Of a stretch of DNA of 10,766 nt, positions 6,708 through 10,766 are shown piece by piece (the stretch's first letter is position 1; each line of letters starts with the position of its first letter). The notes beneath the pieces are model-generated. The model made no database searches, had not been told where the DNA came from, and saw nothing but the letters and a program-made list of their open reading frames with translations. Source of the stretch: a virus; UHGV virus genome UHGV-0121619; one strand, written 5' to 3'. The position numbers and the translations under genes are program-made.

Positions 6708-6742
6708 CCGCTCTTTATCAATCTGCACCGCCGACAACGCGG
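6708..6742 (+). promoter_or_regulatory. nutR (boxA + boxB), P22-type
   Basis: CGCTCTTTA (6708-6716) - 9 nt - ACCGCCGACAACGCGGT (6726-6742, 5-bp stem hairpin) immediately downstream of cro. Confidence 0.7.
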
Positions 6743-6754
6743 TAACTAATTAAG

Positions 6755-6772
6755 CACTCATCGAAAGATGAG
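6755..6772 (+). terminator. hairpin in the tR1 position (candidate terminator/pause structure)
   Basis: ACTCATC-GAAA-GATGAGT perfect 7-bp stem with GNRA-like loop between nutR and cII; no clean U-tract follows, so intrinsic termination is uncertain. Confidence 0.3.
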
Positions 6773-6807
6773 TATTAGTGATTATTTACCTATGGAAATA
6801 GTAAGAA

Positions 6808-7104
6808 ATGGAACAAACAAGTTACAGCAAACTATCACAGCGCGACGTTGATCGCGCAGAAACAGATTTACTCATCAACCTGTCAACGCTTACCCAGCGC
6901 GGTTTGGCAAAGATGATTGGCTGTCATGAATCGAAGATAAGCAGAACGGACTGGAGATTTATTGCTTCGGTCTTGTGTGCTTTCGGAATGGCATCAGACA
7001 TCAGTCCGATTAGCAGGGCTTTTAAGTATGCGCTTGATGGACTCACCAATAAAAAACGCCCGGCGGCAACCGAGCGTTCTGATCAAATACAAATGGAATT
7101 TTAA
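6808..7104 (+). CDS. cII: CII-like transcriptional activator (mosaic: divergent N-terminal part, lambda-like C-terminus)
   Basis: 98-aa ORF; C-terminal ...LTNKKRPAATERSDQIQMEF matches recalled lambda CII C-terminus; N-terminal two thirds differ from lambda CII. Confidence 0.8.
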   Translation: MEQTSYSKLSQRDVDRAETDLLINLSTLTQRGLAKMIGCHESKISRTDWRFIASVLCAFGMASDISPISRAFKYALDGLTNKKRPAATERSDQIQMEF

Positions 7105-7116
7105 CAACATCCAGCG
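7048..7116 (-). ncRNA. oop: oop antisense RNA (lambda-like), overlapping 3' end of cII
   Basis: Minus strand ...TGATCAGAACGCTCGGTTGCCGCCGGGCGTTTTTTATT matches recalled 3' half of lambda oop RNA including terminator and U-tract; candidate pO -10 TATAAT on minus strand at 7122-7127. The 5' end is approximate. Confidence 0.55.
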
Positions 7117-7126
7117 AGGTAATTAT

Positions 7127-7399
7127 ATGCGAAACAAAGGCTTTAATCCACCTGATACACACAAAGAAGTTAAGCGTTTGCGCTTCCTTCGTTCCATTGA
7201 TGAAAGAACTCAAATCTCTTTTGTGAAAGTTGCCAGAACTGAGCTTCTGAAGGCTGAGGCGAGGGCGTTGCTACCGTCTATACCAAAAGAGGAGGGATAT
7301 ACGTTCATTCCAAACGCATTTCTGGAAAAGCTGCTCAAAGAAGACATATCCGTAAGTCAGTTTAACGATGTTCTTAAGGTCTTTCGTCAAGGCAGGTAG
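7127..7399 (+). CDS. hypothetical 90-aa protein between cII and the replication initiator
   Basis: ATG 7127-7129 with GAGG upstream (MRNKGFNPPDTHKEVKRLRFLRSIDERTQISFVKVARTELLKAEARALL...); the ORF-track 145-aa version extends upstream into cII in another frame and is unlikely. Confidence 0.55.
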   Translation: MRNKGFNPPDTHKEVKRLRFLRSIDERTQISFVKVARTELLKAEARALLPSIPKEEGYTFIPNAFLEKLLKEDISVSQFNDVLKVFRQGR

Positions 7400-7401
7400 T
7401 T

Positions 7402-8349
7402 ATGAGCAATACAGCAAAAATCTACGATTTCAGCGCCGCACACGAGCGCAGGAGCAACAGGATGGAGAACCAGAAAACTGGTTACATTCCGTTGTACCGG
7501 AGCATTCTGAAACAGTCATGGGCGAAAGATGTTTATCTTCGCACCCTGTGGGAAAACCTTCTCCTGAATGCCGCCAGAAAGCCATACAAAGCGAATTTCA
7601 AAGGTCATGAATGGCATCTGCAACCCGGTCAACTGGTTGTGACAGCAGCTGATTTAGGTCTTCAGTTATGCGACAGGCATGGCAAGCCGGCAAGCCGTGA
7701 TCAGGTTGAGCGGATGCTTCAGGTTTTTGTGAAAGAGGGGATGATCTCCATTGATGGAGAGAAGCAAAAAGGTCGTGTGATAACCATCACAAATTACCAT
7801 GAATATGCTCAAAAAATGGACAATTTACCCGCACATGAAGCCGCACAAACAACCGCACATGATGCCGCACATGACGAAGCCAGTAATGGCGCGGCTTTCA
7901 GAGTACATGCCGCACATGAAAGCGCACATGAAGCCGCACAAACAACCGCACATCATGAACAAGAAGGTATTAACAAGAATATAAATAATGCCCCCCTACC
8001 CCCCAATGGGGGCGGCGATGGGCAGGTTAAACCTGAACGTCGCAAGGCAGAACGAATCGACTACGAATCCTTCCTGAACGCCTACAACACCGAAGTCGGT
8101 GACAGACTGCCACACGCTGTTGCGGTCAACGAGAAACGCAAACGCCGCCTGAAGAAAATCATCCCGCAACTGAAAACGCCAAACGTGGACGGTTTCAGAG
8201 CGTATGTCAGGGCGTTTGTGCATCAGGCAAAGCCGTTTTACTTCGGAGACAACGACACGGGCTGGACGGCAGATTTTGATTACCTGCTGAGGGAAGATTC
8301 GTTAACGGGAGTTCGGGAAGGGAAGTTTGCAGACAGGGGGATTGCATGA
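7402..8349 (+). CDS. replication initiator (lambda O / P22 gp18-like) with internal origin
   Basis: 315-aa ORF; N-terminus [10 protein letters not shown] resembles lambda O MTNTAKILNF; contains tandem iterons, AT-rich tract and Pro/Gly linker mid-gene; stop overlaps helicase start (ATGA at 8346-8349). Confidence 0.8.
   Translation: MSNTAKIYDFSAAHERRSNRMENQKTGYIPLYRSILKQSWAKDVYLRTLWENLLLNAARKPYKANFKGHEWHLQPGQLVVTAADLGLQLCDRHGKPASRDQVERMLQVFVKEGMISIDGEKQKGRVITITNYHEYAQKMDNLPAHEAAQTTAHDAAHDEASNGAAFRVHAAHESAHEAAQTTAHHEQEGINKNINNAPLPPNGGGDGQVKPERRKAERIDYESFLNAYNTEVGDRLPHAVAVNEKRKRRLKKIIPQLKTPNVDGFRAYVRAFVHQAKPFYFGDNDTGWTADFDYLLREDSLTGVREGKFADRGIA
7829..7957. repeat. origin-like iteron array: two clusters of four tandem 12-bp repeats (CCGCACATGAnG / CCGCACAAACAA)
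   Basis: Units at 7829, 7841, 7853, 7865 and at 7910, 7922, 7934, 7946; followed by AT-rich 7958-7990 and C6-TA-C6-AAT-G5 hairpin-prone segment 7991-8013. Confidence 0.75.
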
Positions 8350-9722
8350 GACAGGATATCGAAGCGAGCGTTATCGGTGGCCTGCTGATTGGTGGATTAA
8401 CACCGACTGCCAGTGACGTTCTGGCAACGCTTGAGCCGGAAGCGTTTTCAATTCCGCTCTACCGGAAAGCCTTCGAGGTTATCCGCAAGCAGGCGAGGAA
8501 CAGAAACCTAATCGACGCGCTGATGGTTGCCGAGGCGTGCGGAGAGGAGCATTTCACGTCAATCCTGATGACCAGTAAGAACTGCCCGAGTGCCGCAAAC
8601 CTGAAGGGATATGCCGGAATGGTCGCGGATAACTATCACCGCCGTCTGGTGCTGGAAATCATGGATGAAATGCGTGAACCAATTCAGAGCGGAACCATCG
8701 ATACATCGAGTCAGGCGATGGACGAGCTTGTAAAGCGTCTCTCAGCCATCAGAAAGCCCCGTGACGAGGTTAAACCTGTACGGTTAGGGGAAATCATCAC
8801 TGACTACACTGACACGCTTGACAGGCGTCTGAGGAACGGAGAAGAGTCAGATACCCTGAAGACCGGAATCGAAGAACTTGATGCCATCACCGGAGGGATG
8901 AACGCAGAAGACCTGGTGATAATCGCTGCTCGTCCTGGTATGGGGAAAACCGAACTGGCGCTGAAGATTGCCGAAGGCGTTGCAAGCCGCGTTATTCCTG
9001 GTTCTGACGTCCGGCGCGGGGTATTGATTTTCTCAATGGAAATGAGCGCATTGCAGATTGCAGAGCGAAGCATCGCCAACGCCGGGAGGATGTCGGTTAG
9101 CGTGCTGCGAAATCCTGCATCGATGGATGACGAAGGCTGGGCGCGTGTTGCTAACGGCATGAGTCAGCTTGCAGATTTGGATGTATGGGTAGTCGATGCC
9201 TCGCGGTTATCGGTCGAAGAAATACGCTCAATCGCAGAACGGCACAAACAGGAAAATCCAAACCTCTCACTCATCATGGCGGATTATCTTGGCCTGATTG
9301 AGAAGCCGAAAGCAGACCGCAACGACCTCGCAATTGCTCACATCTCCGGAAGCCTGAAGGCGATGGCGAAAGACCTGAAAACGCCTGTTATCTCCCTGAG
9401 TCAGCTTTCGCGCGATGTTGAGAAGCGACCAAACAAACGCCCGACAAACGCAGATTTGCGTGATTCAGGAAGCATTGAACAGGACGCAGACTCAATCATC
9501 ATGCTCTATCGGGAAGCGGTATATGACGAGAACAGTAGCGCCGCACCATTTGCTGAAATCATTGTGACAAAAAACCGTTTTGGCTCGCTTGGTACGGTTT
9601 ACCAGCGGTTCTGCAACGGACACTTTGTTGCATGTGACCAGGATGAAGCCAGACAGATTTGCACAGCATCAAATGCGCCCGCTGCGCGTGGCAGACGATA
9701 TGCACAAGGGGCTGACGTATGA
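8346..9722 (+). CDS. DnaB-like replicative helicase (P22 gene 12 type)
   Basis: 458-aa ORF; Walker [13 protein letters not shown], DnaB-like N-terminal domain and C-terminal RecA-like core ([12 protein letters not shown]..., [11 protein letters not shown]). Confidence 0.9.
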   Translation: MRQDIEASVIGGLLIGGLTPTASDVLATLEPEAFSIPLYRKAFEVIRKQARNRNLIDALMVAEACGEEHFTSILMTSKNCPSAANLKGYAGMVADNYHRRLVLEIMDEMREPIQSGTIDTSSQAMDELVKRLSAIRKPRDEVKPVRLGEIITDYTDTLDRRLRNGEESDTLKTGIEELDAITGGMNAEDLVIIAARPGMGKTELALKIAEGVASRVIPGSDVRRGVLIFSMEMSALQIAERSIANAGRMSVSVLRNPASMDDEGWARVANGMSQLADLDVWVVDASRLSVEEIRSIAERHKQENPNLSLIMADYLGLIEKPKADRNDLAIAHISGSLKAMAKDLKTPVISLSQLSRDVEKRPNKRPTNADLRDSGSIEQDADSIIMLYREAVYDENSSAAPFAEIIVTKNRFGSLGTVYQRFCNGHFVACDQDEARQICTASNAPAARGRRYAQGADV

Positions 9723-9748
9723 CCATCTACGTCACTGAGCTAATAACA

Positions 9749-9780
9749 GGCCTGCTGGTAATCGCAGGCCTTTTTATTTG
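9749..9780 (+). terminator. intrinsic terminator after helicase gene (tR2-like)
   Basis: 8-bp stem AGGCCTGC (9749-9756) / loop TGGTAATC / GCAGGCCT (9765-9772) followed by TTTTTATTT. Confidence 0.7.
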
Positions 9781-9794
9781 GGGGAGAGTAAATC

Positions 9795-10001
9795 GTGGCT
9801 GAGTTGATTTTCTCTGCATTGAGGATTCTCGGTGCTATGTGGATGGTGGCGACGTTCATTGTGGTTGCCAGCAGTTTTGTCCGGTTGGTAGGCGAAGGTA
9901 AAGACCTGGTTGGTGTGCTTTTCGGTAGCATTTTCCTGTGGGTGATTATCGGTGTTATGCCTGTCGCTGTAGCAAAAATGGCGTGGCGTTTTGTGAGTTA
10001 A
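9795..10001 (+). CDS. hypothetical small membrane protein (68 aa, two predicted TM helices)
   Basis: GTG start 9795 with GGGAGAG RBS about 7 nt upstream; MAELIFSALRILGAMWMVATFIVVASSFVRLVGEGKDLVGVLFGSIFLWVIIGVMPVAVAKMAWRFVS is strongly hydrophobic. Confidence 0.5.
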   Translation: MAELIFSALRILGAMWMVATFIVVASSFVRLVGEGKDLVGVLFGSIFLWVIIGVMPVAVAKMAWRFVS

Positions 10002-10013
10002 TCGGAGGTTAAT

Positions 10014-10436
10014 GTGAGCAAGTGCCAAAAGTGCAATAACACAGGAATGTGTGATAGCGGAGGTTCTACTCCTTGGGGAGAGCCGATTTTTATTGAATGT
10101 GACTGCCTTATGAAAGATGACGAAAGCAGATGCCAGTTTGAAGAGAGTTGGTTACGACGTGGGGGCGAATCTTCAGACCTTATCCGTTACCCTGAAAATC
10201 ACCATGAAATTGGCAGTGGTGATATTGGTGGTCAATACGTGATGGACGATGTTCAAGGCCACTGGCAAACGTGGCAGGCATCGCGAGCAGCTATTGAAAT
10301 AACCGCGCCAAAGTTTATCGACAGCAGAGAAGCATTAGCCAAAGGGTTTACTGTTGATTATTCCAATGGCTTCGGTGATGCAATGGATGCTTATGAGGAA
10401 AACATCCGCGCCGCTGGAGTCAAAGTGAAGGAGTGA
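10014..10436 (+). CDS. hypothetical protein with N-terminal Cys-rich (CxxC...CxC) putative zinc-ribbon
   Basis: 140-aa ORF, GTG start 10014 with GGAGGT RBS upstream; MSKCQKCNNTGMCDSGG...IECDC; stop is 2 nt before ninB-like start. Confidence 0.55.
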   Translation: MSKCQKCNNTGMCDSGGSTPWGEPIFIECDCLMKDDESRCQFEESWLRRGGESSDLIRYPENHHEIGSGDIGGQYVMDDVQGHWQTWQASRAAIEITAPKFIDSREALAKGFTVDYSNGFGDAMDAYEENIRAAGVKVKE

Positions 10437-10438
10437 CG

Positions 10439-10766
10439 ATGAAGCAAACAATCTTCCTCCGAAGTAAGCAACAACAGCAAGCCGCAATAAATGCCATCCT
10501 CGCAACACCACTCGATAAAGACAAGCCAGTCACCATCCGCATTACTGACTACAAGCGCAACCTTGACCAGAACGCAAAATTTCACGTGATGCTGGCGGAT
10601 ATCGCTCGTCAGGTTCAATGGTGCGGCAAATGGTTAAAACCAGAACAATGGAAGGTTTTGTTGATTAGCGGTCATGCAGTGGCGACAAAGCAGGAAGCTG
10701 ATGTTTTGCCCGGGCTTGAAGGCGAATACGTCAACATTCGCGAAAGCAGCGCGCAGATGAGCGTGA
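10439..10766 (+). CDS. ninB: NinB-like recombination protein, N-terminal portion (continues beyond window)
   Basis: ATG 10439; MKQTIFLRSKQQQQAAINAILATPLDKDKPVTIRITDYKRNLDQNAKFHVMLADIARQVQWCGKWLKPEQWK resembles recalled lambda NinB (LDQNRK..., RQVEWHGRWL...ESWK); no stop in window. Confidence 0.7.
   Translation, partial: MKQTIFLRSKQQQQAAINAILATPLDKDKPVTIRITDYKRNLDQNAKFHVMLADIARQVQWCGKWLKPEQWKVLLISGHAVATKQEADVLPGLEGEYVNIRESSAQMSV

Noticed and set aside
7829-7957. Possible CRISPR-like repeat array
   Set aside because: The repeats are 12 bp and directly tandem with no spacers, and they sit inside a replication initiator gene next to an AT-rich tract; they are origin iterons.
7799-7984. 61-aa ORF encoding a repetitive [14 protein letters not shown] peptide
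   Set aside because: It is the iteron array read in an alternative frame inside the replication initiator gene; the periodicity comes from the DNA repeats, not a separate gene.
8804-9160. 118-aa minus-strand ORF
   Set aside because: It lies antisense inside the DnaB-like helicase gene, which has clear motifs. The same reasoning applies to the antisense or alternative-frame ORFs at 427-666, 848-1078, 882-1145, 3247-3474, 4032-4226, 4662-4904, 5823-6071, 6007-6225, 6360-6605, 7368-7610, 7996-8223, 9740-9931, 9774-10028 and 10391-10618.

Overview
This window reads as the early-control region of a mosaic lambdoid prophage from an enterobacterium. Minus strand, left to right: a partial unknown gene, an SSB-like gene, erf, a compact cluster of short genes (kil-like and cIII-like), an HNH-AP2 homing endonuclease, an acidic 108-aa protein and a remnant resembling the C-terminus of lambda N; then sieB-like (+), a P22-type N antiterminator with P22-type nutL, and lambda-type OL1-3/pL. 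The immunity region has lambda-type cI, OR1-3/pR/pRM and cro, but the rexAB slot downstream of cI holds a different two-gene cassette: a 300-aa ClpP/S49-fold serine-peptidase-like protein translationally coupled to a 56-aa protein missing from the ORF track, ending at a bidirectional terminator. This cassette is the best candidate for an undescribed prophage-encoded exclusion system. The rightward operon carries P22-type nutR, a cII whose C-terminus and antisense oop RNA are lambda-like but whose N-terminus is divergent, a 90-aa unknown, an O/gp18-like initiator containing an iteron origin, a DnaB-like helicase, a tR2-like terminator, two small unknown genes and the start of ninB. All homology calls are from recognition and memory of reference sequences, not from database searches.
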